DNA from: Candidatus Latescibacterota bacterium
Lineage (GTDB): Bacteria > Latescibacterota > UBA2968 > UBA8231
DNA length: 64,000 bases
NCBI GenBank assembly: GCA_965221775.1
Contig: CBDCSU010000006.1
Span: forward strand, 2,080,001-2,144,000
Direction of reading: 5' to 3'
The notes under the pieces: model-generated
The model's input: the letters and a program-made list of their open reading frames with translations, nothing else
The model's database searches: none
What the model was told of the DNA's origin: nothing
Part shown: piece by piece, positions 27,500 through 36,205 of the stretch
How the letters are laid out: each line of letters starts with the position of its first letter
Numbering within the stretch: position 1 is the first letter of the stretch
Program-made: the position numbers and the translations under genes

Positions 27500-27985
27500 G
27501 CTCGCCTCGGCGAGGCGGTCGGCCGGAGTACGGGGAGGGTGGCTGGCCCCGAGGAGGCCGGCGGCAGAAGTCTGGTTCGCTTCATGGGTCTCTCCGGAAT
27601 CCGAAGGACAAGGGCCTGCCAGCCCTTGCCGGGGCCGGCGACGCAGGATCGCGGCTGGGAGGATCACAGCGACAGGGGCCCGCAGCCGATGTCGGGTGTG
27701 TTCCATGGTCATGGGCGCAAGCCGGGGAGGGTGGCTGGCCCCAAGGCGGCCGGCTGGCGGAGTCTGTTCGCTTCATCGGTCTTTCCGGAATCCGAAGGAC
27801 AAGGGCCTGTCAGCCCTTGCCGGGGCCGGCGACGCAGGATCGCGGCTGGGAGGATCACAGCGCCCGGGGGCGCGCAGCCGATGTCGGGTGTGTTCCATGG
27901 TCATGGGGGGCAAGCCGAGGAGGGTGGCCGGCCCCAAGGAGGCCGGCGGCCGGATCACAGGGACGGGAGCCCGCAGTCCCCTGAG
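27430..27985. repeat. Degenerate tandem repeat (~213 and ~192 bp spacing, about 2.5-3 copies) that includes the 5' end of the M48 gene
   Basis: GTCGGGTGTG..CATGGTCATG at 27478, 27691 and 27883; CCGGAATCCGAAGGACAAGGGCCTG..AGCCCTTGCCGGGGCCGGCGACGCAGGATCGCGGCTGGGAGGATCACAG occurs twice. Confidence 0.92.
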
Positions 27986-28146
27986 CATCGCCCCGGCAAC
28001 GGCAGGCGCACGCGACGATACCACAAGGCACTGCCGCCGGCAATCGGCGGCGCCCGCCCGCGGCGCCCGGCGAGCGCTTCACCTGTCGACGGCGGCGCCG
28101 TACCTTCCCACCCGTCCCGCCTCCCCCACACCGGAGCCACTCCCCC

Positions 28147-29988
28147 ATGACCGTGGAAACCTCCTCCCCCATCTCGGTCTACGACGGCGACGCGACACCG
28201 CAGCCGCAGGCCGCGCCCGACCCCGACAGCCTCGTCTTCCACGAGCTGTGCGCCGCCGCCGATCTCGAGGAGGGCGCGGGGAAGCCCTTCACGGTAGACG
28301 GCACACACCTCGCCGTGTTCCGCTACGAGGGCGGCTACTACGCCTGCGACAACCGCTGCCCTCACATGGGCTACCCCCTGTCCGAGGGCAGCGTCCGCGA
28401 CGGCGTGCTGATCTGCCACTGGCACCACTGGGAGTTCGACCTCAAGACCGGGGGCTGCTTCCTGACCTTCGGCGACGACGTGGCCAGCTTCCCGGTGGAG
28501 GATCGCGGCGGCATGCTCTACGTGGGTATCCCGAAGGGCGCCCGGGAGGCGGCGCGGCAGCGGCTGGTGGACCGCGGCAAGCGGGCCCTGGAGCAGGGGC
28601 TGAAGGACCGCTCCAGCTTCCTCATCGCCAAGGCCGTCACCGCCCTGCGCGAGGCCGGCGCCACGCCCCGGGAGATCATCCAGCACGGCCTGTTCTACGG
28701 CGCCCACAAGACCAGCGACGGCTGGTCCTCGGGGGTGGCCATCCTCACCTTGTGCGCCAACCTGTGGGACGACGTGGACCCCAAGGACCACAACCTCTTC
28801 CTCGTCCACGGGCTGGCGCAGATCGCCAACCGCACGGCGGGCAGCTCGCGGCGCCAGCGCTTCCCCTTCCCGCGCTCCGGCGCCGACCCCGACCTGACGA
28901 CGCTGAAGCGCTGGTTCCGGCGCTACATCGACCTGCGCGACCGCGGCGCCGCCGAGCGCATCCTCCTCACCCTGCACGACCGCGGGCAGCCGCCGGAGCT
29001 GCTGGCCGACTTCGTCTACACCGCGGCCACCGACTTCTACTTCACCGGCGACGGCCACGCCCTCGACTTCGCCAACAAGATGTTCGAGGGCCTCGACTAC
29101 GTGGAGTGGCAGGGGGCCCACGAGATCCTGCGGCCGATCGTCGTCGACCTCGTGAGCCGCACCCGCCACGAGGAGACCTCGCGCTGGCAGGACGCGGTGC
29201 CCGTGCTCGAGGAGATCTTCACACGCATCGACGAGATCTGGGAGGCCAAACAGGCCGCGGAGCCGAAGGCCCTCGACGTGAGCGCCTTCACGCAGGTCAT
29301 GCTCGGCGACGACTTCGAGCCGATCGTCGAGCGGATGGAGGCCGAGCTGCGGGCCGGCGTCTCGCCCCTCGACCTGAGCCGCGCCATGACCTATGCCGGC
29401 GCCGTGCGCACCGTGCGCTTTCACCTCAAGAACGAGGGCGACTGGCACGACGTGGCCAACCTCTACTCCTACGCCCACGCCCTCTACCGCGCCTTCCACC
29501 TGGCGCCGTCGGCGCAGCTCCTGCGCGGCCTCTTCCACGGCGCCGTCTTCACCACCTACCTGCGCTGGCTCAACATGCCCTCGGCGCGGGTGCCGCGTCC
29601 GGGGCAGCGCCTGAAGGGGGAGGAGTCGTTCTCGTCGCCGCGGCAGATGCTCGACCGCCTGCAGGAGTTCGCCGACTTCCAGAAGGTGGCCGAGGCCGGC
29701 ATCCTGGTGAACCAGTACCTGGAGGAGGGCCACGAGGTGACGGCGCTGAAGCACGCCTTGGCCCACATCCTGCTGCGCGAGGACGCCGAGCTGCACATGT
29801 TCCAGGTGCTGGAGGCCGCCTTCCGCCACCACGACCTGTCCGACGATCCCGAGGAGCGGCGCATCCACCTGCTGGCGGCGACGCGCTACATCACGGCGCA
29901 GAAGGTGATGAAGAACATCCTCTGGTCGACGGAGAACGCCGAGCGCCTGCAGCGGGGCGAGCTGCTCAGCGACCGGGACGACGACTGA
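28147..29988 (+). CDS. Rieske [2Fe-2S] domain protein with large C-terminal helical region
   Basis: NRCPHMGYPL...ICHWHHWEFD Rieske ligands in the first ~130 aa. Confidence 0.88.
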   Translation: MTVETSSPISVYDGDATPQPQAAPDPDSLVFHELCAAADLEEGAGKPFTVDGTHLAVFRYEGGYYACDNRCPHMGYPLSEGSVRDGVLICHWHHWEFDLKTGGCFLTFGDDVASFPVEDRGGMLYVGIPKGAREAARQRLVDRGKRALEQGLKDRSSFLIAKAVTALREAGATPREIIQHGLFYGAHKTSDGWSSGVAILTLCANLWDDVDPKDHNLFLVHGLAQIANRTAGSSRRQRFPFPRSGADPDLTTLKRWFRRYIDLRDRGAAERILLTLHDRGQPPELLADFVYTAATDFYFTGDGHALDFANKMFEGLDYVEWQGAHEILRPIVVDLVSRTRHEETSRWQDAVPVLEEIFTRIDEIWEAKQAAEPKALDVSAFTQVMLGDDFEPIVERMEAELRAGVSPLDLSRAMTYAGAVRTVRFHLKNEGDWHDVANLYSYAHALYRAFHLAPSAQLLRGLFHGAVFTTYLRWLNMPSARVPRPGQRLKGEESFSSPRQMLDRLQEFADFQKVAEAGILVNQYLEEGHEVTALKHALAHILLREDAELHMFQVLEAAFRHHDLSDDPEERRIHLLAATRYITAQKVMKNILWSTENAERLQRGELLSDRDDD

Positions 29989-32584
29989 GGGCCGACAGGG
30001 TGGCGATCTGGACGGTGGAGGGCCCCGTCCACTCGCGGCCGGGGAAGAACACCAGCCGGCCGCCGGTCGCGTTCAGCTCGTAGCCGGGGTCGTCGGCCAT
30101 CACCAGCAGGGTGCCGCCCGGGCGGGTCTCGGCCCGCTCGATGCGGTGCCCGCGGCGGAACCCGGCGCCGTCGCGCACCACCGCCCACACCCCTTCGAGG
30201 GCGACTCCCTCCGGTACCGCGAGATCGGTGATCAGGGCGTCCACGTCGTCGCCGGCCTCGCGGCGCAGGACGCCGGCGATCCCGCCGGTGAGCACGCCCG
30301 CGCCCGCCCGCGCCTCGCCACCGGCCCGCAGCTCCCGCCCCCCGACGAGGCGCATCTCTTCGATCTCACCACCCCGCCGACGCACGAATCCCAGCCGGCC
30401 GTCGAGACTCACGCCATCGACGCGCACCCTGCCGCCGCCGCGAGACAGAAGCACGTGGTCGACCACCTCTCCCCAGGAGATGCGCAGGGCCACACCGTCG
30501 CCCTCGACGGGCAGCCGCCTCACCTCGCTGACGAAGGGACCGCCGGCGCCGTGACTCTCGAGAACGGCCAGGAAGTCGCTGCGCAGGTCCTCCCCTTCGC
30601 GGCGGTGCACCAGCATGGGCATGGTGTGCTCGTCGAGGGCGGCGTCGTCCTCGGCGGCGTTGCGGATGGAGGGGGCCGCGGCGGTGAACAGCCGGTCCCC
30701 CGGATGGCCGGCGCCGTGGACCCGCACCCCGGCCTCGCTGCCCGCGCTGCGGAACCCCACCCGCCAGGGCCCGTCCACGGCGGCCTGCTCGACGCCGCGG
30801 ATGAAGGCGTAGCCGAGGTTGTGGCCCCCGGCCTCCCCCGGGGTGGACTCGCCCGTGGGCAGACTCACGGGCGTGCCCGGGGGCAGCAGCATCTCGCCGT
30901 AGGGGGAGGTCTCCAGGTCATGCACGAGATCGCCGCCGTGGTCGGCGTCGCCGGAGAGGACGTACTCGTGGCGGCTTCCGCCGCTCACGCGGAACCAGTC
31001 GATCACGTAGGACTGGTCATCCGCCCCGATCAGCAGGAGCAGGCGCCGGTACTCGTCGACGAGGCCGGGATAGGCGCGCTCCCCGGAGGCCTCCACCGCC
31101 GCGAGCAGATCGCCGTCGCCCGGCACGAAGAGCCGCAGGTCGCCGTCGCTCGGTTCTCCCACCGAGCCCATGTGCTGGTCGCGCCCGTCGACGGTGACCG
31201 TGTTGTGGGAGAGGGTGGTGATCGTCCAGCGGCGGTAGCGCGTATGGGTGTAGCCGATGTCGCCGAGGCGCTCGCGGCCGTGGGCGAAGAGGGTCATGGC
31301 CAGCACGTCGCCGTGCTGGTGGCCGTAGCCGCCGGAGAAGTGCAGGTGCGCCTGCACCTGACCGTCGCCGGCGCCGCGCCCCAGGCGGGCGTGGCCGAGG
31401 GCCGGCAGCAGCATCGACTCCGAGGCGGGCATCGCCCCGGCGGCCTCCCGCGCCCAGGTGTCGTGGAAGGCGACGACCCGGCCGTTGGGGTAGCGCAGGA
31501 GGCCGGGCACCTCTCGCGCCCGGGCCAGGATGGGGAGGCGCGCGTCGAGATCGAAGTCGACGAGGCGGTCCTCGCCCTCCCTGGGGATGTACCCGGGCGG
31601 ATCGGTCCAGCCTTTCAGCAGGCGGGCCAGGATGTCCAGCCCCCGCACCGTCTGGTTGTGGTAGGAGACGGCCCCCTCGCGCCAGGCGCCGTCGGCGAAG
31701 AACTGCCGCCGCGCCAGCAGCTCGATGCGGCGGACGGCGTCGTGGATGTACTCCGGCTCGCCGAGGACGCGGCCGGCGGTGATCAGCCCCCGCAGCAGGG
31801 TGGGGTCCATGTTGCCCAGGGCCGGCGGGTAGGAGCGCACGAAGGCGACGCTGGCGTGGAACAGGTCCTCCTCGATCCGCCGCTGCGCCGCCTCGTCGAG
31901 AGCGCCGCTCGGCCGCACCAGCTCGTAGGCCCGCAGCAGGTCCTCGGGGATGTCCATGTAGGCCCACCAGTCCCACTTGGCGGCGCGGTAGTCGGCCACC
32001 GGCCAGGGGAAGGTCCGGTCCCCCTCGAAGATGATCTTCTGCCGGAAGGGGTAGTCGTAGTGGACGCAGTAGCCCGGGTAGACCTCGGCGAAGCGCGACA
32101 GGATCAGGGCGGCGCGGCGGGCGGGGAGGGGGTCGCCGGTGGCGGCGTGGAGACGCGCCAGATCCAGGGCGCGGCGGGCGAAGTACTCGCGGGCCTCGAA
32201 CCAGGCCTTGGCGCGGAAGAAGTGGCGGTAGCCGTCGGCGTCGGCCCAGTAGGGATACTCCTGCACCTGGCCCAGGGGGTTCGTGACCCGCAGGGTATCG
32301 CCGTCGGGGTAGGTGTCGTTGGGGTAGCGGATGCCGCAGAACCGGCAGTGGACCTCGCGGGGGCGCTCGATCGTCCAGGCGAGCTGGTTCTCCTGGGTGC
32401 CGCCGTCGCAGTTGGGGCAGCCGGTGAAGCGCAGCCCCGCCCGCTCGGGGATCAGGGCGAGCAGCTCCGCCTCCGACAGGGCCAGGACGGGCTGCACGGC
32501 CGCTCTCAGCCGGTCGTCCGCGTCTGTGGCGGCTGCCATCATCAAGCCGGTCAGGATCGCCGCATGTGATCGGGGGAACCGCAT
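29966..32584 (-). CDS. Heparinase II/III family protein (polysaccharide lyase-like)
   Basis: DGAWREGAVSYH, YPNG...FHD, GHQHGDVL, DIGY, TLSHNTVTVDG; start uncertain. Confidence 0.82.
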   Translation of the reverse strand: MRFPRSHAAILTGLMMAAATDADDRLRAAVQPVLALSEAELLALIPERAGLRFTGCPNCDGGTQENQLAWTIERPREVHCRFCGIRYPNDTYPDGDTLRVTNPLGQVQEYPYWADADGYRHFFRAKAWFEAREYFARRALDLARLHAATGDPLPARRAALILSRFAEVYPGYCVHYDYPFRQKIIFEGDRTFPWPVADYRAAKWDWWAYMDIPEDLLRAYELVRPSGALDEAAQRRIEEDLFHASVAFVRSYPPALGNMDPTLLRGLITAGRVLGEPEYIHDAVRRIELLARRQFFADGAWREGAVSYHNQTVRGLDILARLLKGWTDPPGYIPREGEDRLVDFDLDARLPILARAREVPGLLRYPNGRVVAFHDTWAREAAGAMPASESMLLPALGHARLGRGAGDGQVQAHLHFSGGYGHQHGDVLAMTLFAHGRERLGDIGYTHTRYRRWTITTLSHNTVTVDGRDQHMGSVGEPSDGDLRLFVPGDGDLLAAVEASGERAYPGLVDEYRRLLLLIGADDQSYVIDWFRVSGGSRHEYVLSGDADHGGDLVHDLETSPYGEMLLPPGTPVSLPTGESTPGEAGGHNLGYAFIRGVEQAAVDGPWRVGFRSAGSEAGVRVHGAGHPGDRLFTAAAPSIRNAAEDDAALDEHTMPMLVHRREGEDLRSDFLAVLESHGAGGPFVSEVRRLPVEGDGVALRISWGEVVDHVLLSRGGGRVRVDGVSLDGRLGFVRRRGGEIEEMRLVGGRELRAGGEARAGAGVLTGGIAGVLRREAGDDVDALITDLAVPEGVALEGVWAVVRDGAGFRRGHRIERAETRPGGTLLVMADDPGYELNATGGRLVFFPGREWTGPSTVQIATLSALSRRPGR

Positions 32585-32702
32585 CCGGTGCGGGTAGAAT
32601 ACGAAGACGGGGGGCTACCCCGGGGTGCCCGCGGACAGGGTGGGGCGAAGAAGGAGGGGGTGCCGGCGATCGATGCCCGGCACCCCCTCGGGGAACCACC
32701 TC

Positions 32703-32990
32703 TCAGGCGGCCTTGCGGCTATGGCCTCGGCGCATCTCCCACCATGCTTCCCACCACAGGATCGACAAGGCAACTGTCAGGCCGGCCCACTTGCAGAATG
32801 CTGGCCACCATGGGCGGGTGGAGACCTCGGTCTCTGGCTGGACCGCGAGAGCGGGTCGATGGGACGGCTCGTCCGAAGCAAGAGTCCAGACTTCCCCTTC
32901 ATCGTCGACGCACGCGAATCCAAATCCGTCACCAGCTGGCGGACAGGATTCCTTGACCTCCTCCATGTACTCAGGCATGCGCTTTTCCAT
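32703..32990 (-). CDS. Small hypothetical protein with C-terminal hydrophobic/Trp-rich segment
   Basis: ATG 1 nt after the upstream stop, GGAGG RBS; WAGLTVALSILWW. Confidence 0.45.
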   Translation of the reverse strand: MEKRMPEYMEEVKESCPPAGDGFGFACVDDEGEVWTLASDEPSHRPALAVQPETEVSTRPWWPAFCKWAGLTVALSILWWEAWWEMRRGHSRKAA

Positions 32991-32991
32991 T

Positions 32992-33271
32992 TCAGGCCTC
33001 CATCCTGCGGTCCCGCTCGCAGTCCAAGGCTAGTGCCGCAGCATCAAGGAGGTCGGATCTTCGCCTGCGAGCTGCGATCAGAGCCATTTCGAGGGCCCGA
33101 ACGCGCTCGTCGGCAAGAGCCAACTCATCTTGGGGGAGGATCCTCGGGGGTGTAGAGGACACCGCCCCGATCCGGGTAGTTCCGGGCGGCACGTCGGATG
33201 AGCTGGGCCATGCGCTCCCTGTCGAGCCGAGACTTGCGATGCGAATGGCCTGCTTGATTCCCAAACACCAT
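32992..33271 (-). pseudogene. Small hypothetical protein, apparently frameshifted in a C-run near 33131-33136
   Basis: AAGGGAGG RBS then MVFGNQ...YTPEDPP; continues as QDELALADERVRALEMAL...RMEA in another frame. Confidence 0.4.
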
Positions 33272-33339
33272 TTCTTGCCTCCCTTGGCAAGGGGGGAACC
33301 CCGTTGCGAGTCGATCCCGCGCCGAGAATGATCGCTCGG

Positions 33340-33355
33340 ACACAAGATATTGTGC
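33340..33355. promoter_or_regulatory. Palindromic operator matching the NrdR-box consensus
   Basis: ACACAAGATATTGTGC versus consensus acaCwAtATaTwGtg (1 mismatch); AT-rich site in GC-rich DNA. Confidence 0.55.
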
Positions 33356-33593
33356 CGGGCACGCCTAGAAGATACGCCCAGAGGGGCTTAAGGTCCGACC
33401 TTTTTCTCAAGATCCGTTGCCAGAAAGTCCTCTCCCAAGCGGCCAGGCTCCGTGTCGCCGTGTTGCCGTGTCTGCGCGGACTAACAGCCGAGGTCATCCG
33501 GGCGCCTGAACTGCGAGGGGGCCAGTTCGAGGAGGTATATTCCCTTGCATGGTCTTTGTCGATTCTCCCAACCACCCCCCAGGCACCTGATCC

Positions 33594-34148
33594 ATGTCGA
33601 TCCTCGAGCCACGGACCCGCCCGTTGCGCGACGGAAGCCAGGCCGTGATCCGCTCCGCCCGGCGGGAGGACGCCGAGGCCCTCGTCAGCCTCTACCGGGA
33701 GATCATCGCCGAGGGGCGCTGGACCCTGGCCCGGGCGGACGAGCGGCAGCCCAAGGCCGAGGACGAAGCCGGCGAGATCGACCGGCTCAACGCCGCCGGC
33801 GGCTCCCTCTACCTGGTCGCCTGTGATGGGTCGCGGATCCTGGGCACGGCCCGGGCCGAGGAGGGCGGCTTCCGGCGCACGGCCCACTTCGCCGACGTGC
33901 ACTCCGTCTGGGTCCGCCGGGACCGCCGCGGGGCCGGCGTCGCCGACGCCCTCATGCAAGCCCTGGTCGACTGGGCCCGCGCTTCTCGGCAGATCGAGAA
34001 GCTGGGGCTCTTCGTGTTCTCCACCAGCGAGGCGGCGATCGCTCTCTACAAGAAGCACGGATTCGTCGAGGAGGGCCGCTCCGCCCGGGACATCCGGTTC
34101 GAGGACGGGAGCTACGCCGACACCGTGATCCTCGGGATGCAGCCGTGA
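33594..34148 (+). CDS. GNAT family N-acetyltransferase
   Basis: IRSARREDA, RRGAGVADALM, LFVFSTSEAAIALYKKHGF. Confidence 0.92.
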   Translation: MSILEPRTRPLRDGSQAVIRSARREDAEALVSLYREIIAEGRWTLARADERQPKAEDEAGEIDRLNAAGGSLYLVACDGSRILGTARAEEGGFRRTAHFADVHSVWVRRDRRGAGVADALMQALVDWARASRQIEKLGLFVFSTSEAAIALYKKHGFVEEGRSARDIRFEDGSYADTVILGMQP

Positions 34149-35278
34149 GCTGGCAGGTCGCCGAGCGCGTCACGGTCTACCACGAGGCCGGCATGTACGC
34201 CCTCGCCCCCACGGTGACACGCACCCCCGGCGGGGACCTGCTGGTCAGCTTCCAGCGCGCGCCCCACCTCGGCTACGACCACCACGAGCACCCCCTCTTC
34301 CAGGTCCTGGCCTGCCGCTCCGCCGACGAAGGCCGCACCTGGAGCGAGGCGGCCCTGCTGACCGCCGACCCCAGGGGCGGCGTCATGGACCGCGGCCTGC
34401 ACGCCCTGCCCGACGGCAGCCTGTTCCTGCACGCCTCGTGCAACGAGCTGGTCCCCGCCGAGGGCGAGGGGGTGCACGGCCAGCGCTGGATCTCGCGGCC
34501 GGGAAAGCCCTTCTGGGTGCGCTCCCGCGACGACGGCCGCACCTGGACGGCGCCGCGGCGGTTCCCGCCCCTGCCCGACGCCGTCTGGGGGCACCCCGCC
34601 CAGCACTCCGGCGTCTGCCGCAGCGGTCTGCTGGCTCTGCCCGACGGCCGCCTTCTGCTTCCGAGCAAGGCCACCGACCGGCCGGGCGGCGCCTACCCCT
34701 GCTTCGGCATGCTGCGCGTCTCCCGCGACATGGGCCAGACCTGGGAGTACGGCGGCCGCATCGCCGAGGACGAAGTCGCCCACTTCAGCGAGCCCGCCAT
34801 CCACCGCACGCCGTCGGGGCGCATCCTCGTCCTCTTCCGCTGCCACCCGGGGGCCCTGGGTCCCGGCATCCTCCGCGACCAGGGCTTCGACGGACCCGTG
34901 GCGCAGGATCCCCAGTTCGCCCACCGCCTCCTCGCTCTCGTCGAGTCCGACGACGACGGCGCTACCTGGACGCCCTGGCGCCCGACCCGCATCCACGGCA
35001 GCCCGGCGCACCTGCTCGGCCTGAGGGACGGCCGCATCTTCCTCACCGTCGGCACCCGCTGGGAGGGCCAACGGGGCTGCGCCGGCCGGGTCCTCGACCC
35101 CGAGGGCACGGACCTGGAGACGGCGCCGGAGTTCGTCATCGAGGCGGGCGGGCTCAGCCAGGACTGCGGCTACCCCTGGGCGGTGGAGCGGGAGGACGGC
35201 TCCGTCCTCGTCGTCTACTGGCACCACTACGCCGACGGGCACCGCGGCATCGAGGCCGCCGTCGTCGAGGAGAGTTGA
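34145..35278 (+). CDS. BNR/Asp-box repeat (sialidase-like) protein
   Basis: Asp boxes SADEGRTW, SRDDGRTW, SRDMGQTW, SDDDGATW; DCGYP. Confidence 0.85.
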   Translation: MSWQVAERVTVYHEAGMYALAPTVTRTPGGDLLVSFQRAPHLGYDHHEHPLFQVLACRSADEGRTWSEAALLTADPRGGVMDRGLHALPDGSLFLHASCNELVPAEGEGVHGQRWISRPGKPFWVRSRDDGRTWTAPRRFPPLPDAVWGHPAQHSGVCRSGLLALPDGRLLLPSKATDRPGGAYPCFGMLRVSRDMGQTWEYGGRIAEDEVAHFSEPAIHRTPSGRILVLFRCHPGALGPGILRDQGFDGPVAQDPQFAHRLLALVESDDDGATWTPWRPTRIHGSPAHLLGLRDGRIFLTVGTRWEGQRGCAGRVLDPEGTDLETAPEFVIEAGGLSQDCGYPWAVEREDGSVLVVYWHHYADGHRGIEAAVVEES

Positions 35279-35363
35279 GTCGGCGCGGAGGCCGTCTTCG
35301 CGGCTTCGTTGCGCGCGCCGGATCCCCCGGTCGCGCCCGCTGCACAACGAGAGAGGTCCTGAC

Positions 35364-36200
35364 ATGCAACACCACACGATCCAGTACGAGGTGCTGAACA
35401 ACCACAACCCGGACACGGAGACCGGCGGCGGCTGGGAGGTGGAGGTCCATGCCGCGGCCGAGGAGCTGCAGGCCTTCGCGCGGTGCGGCTACCTGGTGCG
35501 GGAGGGGCTCTTCGAGGGCGAGGCCCTGGGGCGGCTGCGGGACGCCCTCGACCGCCTGGAGCAGCGCGAGCGCGAGAAGCGGGACCGCGCCGCCGCGGGA
35601 AAGCAGAGCTGGGGGTTCATCCCGCGGCACCTGATGGACAAGGACGAGGTCTTTCTGGAGCTGCTGAAGTTCCGGCCCCTGCTGTCGATCGCCCAGGCGA
35701 TGATGGGACCGCTGGTGCGCCTGCGGGGGCTGAGCGCCCGCATCAGCTACCCCGGCCGCGAGCACCCGCACCAGACGCCGTGGCACCAGCACCTGCGCGT
35801 GATCTCCAACCCGCGGCCGCCCTGGTTCTCGCAGCCCCACTGCATCGACTGCCTGGTCTACCTCGACGACCTGAACGACGACACGGGGGCCGTCGCCGTG
35901 GTGCCGGAGTCGCACACCTGGCTGGACCGCGCCTCGCCGCGGACCTATGAACCCGCGGCGGGCGAGGTGGAGCTGCGCGTCAAGGCCGGCGGCGGCGTGC
36001 TCATCCACGGCAACCTCTGGCACCGCGCCCTGCCGACGCTGAGGGCCAAGCGCCGCATGCTGATCCTCAGCTACACGCCGTCGTGGCTGCGGGCCTCGCC
36101 ACACAGCGGTCCGCAGCCGGAGCACGGGTTGACGCGGGGCTTCCTGGAGGAGGCGGACTTCGAGGCGCGGATGCTGCTGGGGGTGGGGGGGTATACGTAA
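35364..36200 (+). CDS. Phytanoyl-CoA dioxygenase (PhyH) family protein
   Basis: FARCGYLV, WHQH, VYLDDL...GAVAVVPESH, HGNLWHRA, RRMLILSY. Confidence 0.88.
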   Translation: MQHHTIQYEVLNNHNPDTETGGGWEVEVHAAAEELQAFARCGYLVREGLFEGEALGRLRDALDRLEQREREKRDRAAAGKQSWGFIPRHLMDKDEVFLELLKFRPLLSIAQAMMGPLVRLRGLSARISYPGREHPHQTPWHQHLRVISNPRPPWFSQPHCIDCLVYLDDLNDDTGAVAVVPESHTWLDRASPRTYEPAAGEVELRVKAGGGVLIHGNLWHRALPTLRAKRRMLILSYTPSWLRASPHSGPQPEHGLTRGFLEEADFEARMLLGVGGYT

Positions 36201-36205
36201 AGGCG

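Noticed and set aside
27430-27985. Possible CRISPR array or MITE
   Set aside because: Units are ~200 bp, derive from the adjacent gene start, and lack spacers or terminal inverted repeats.
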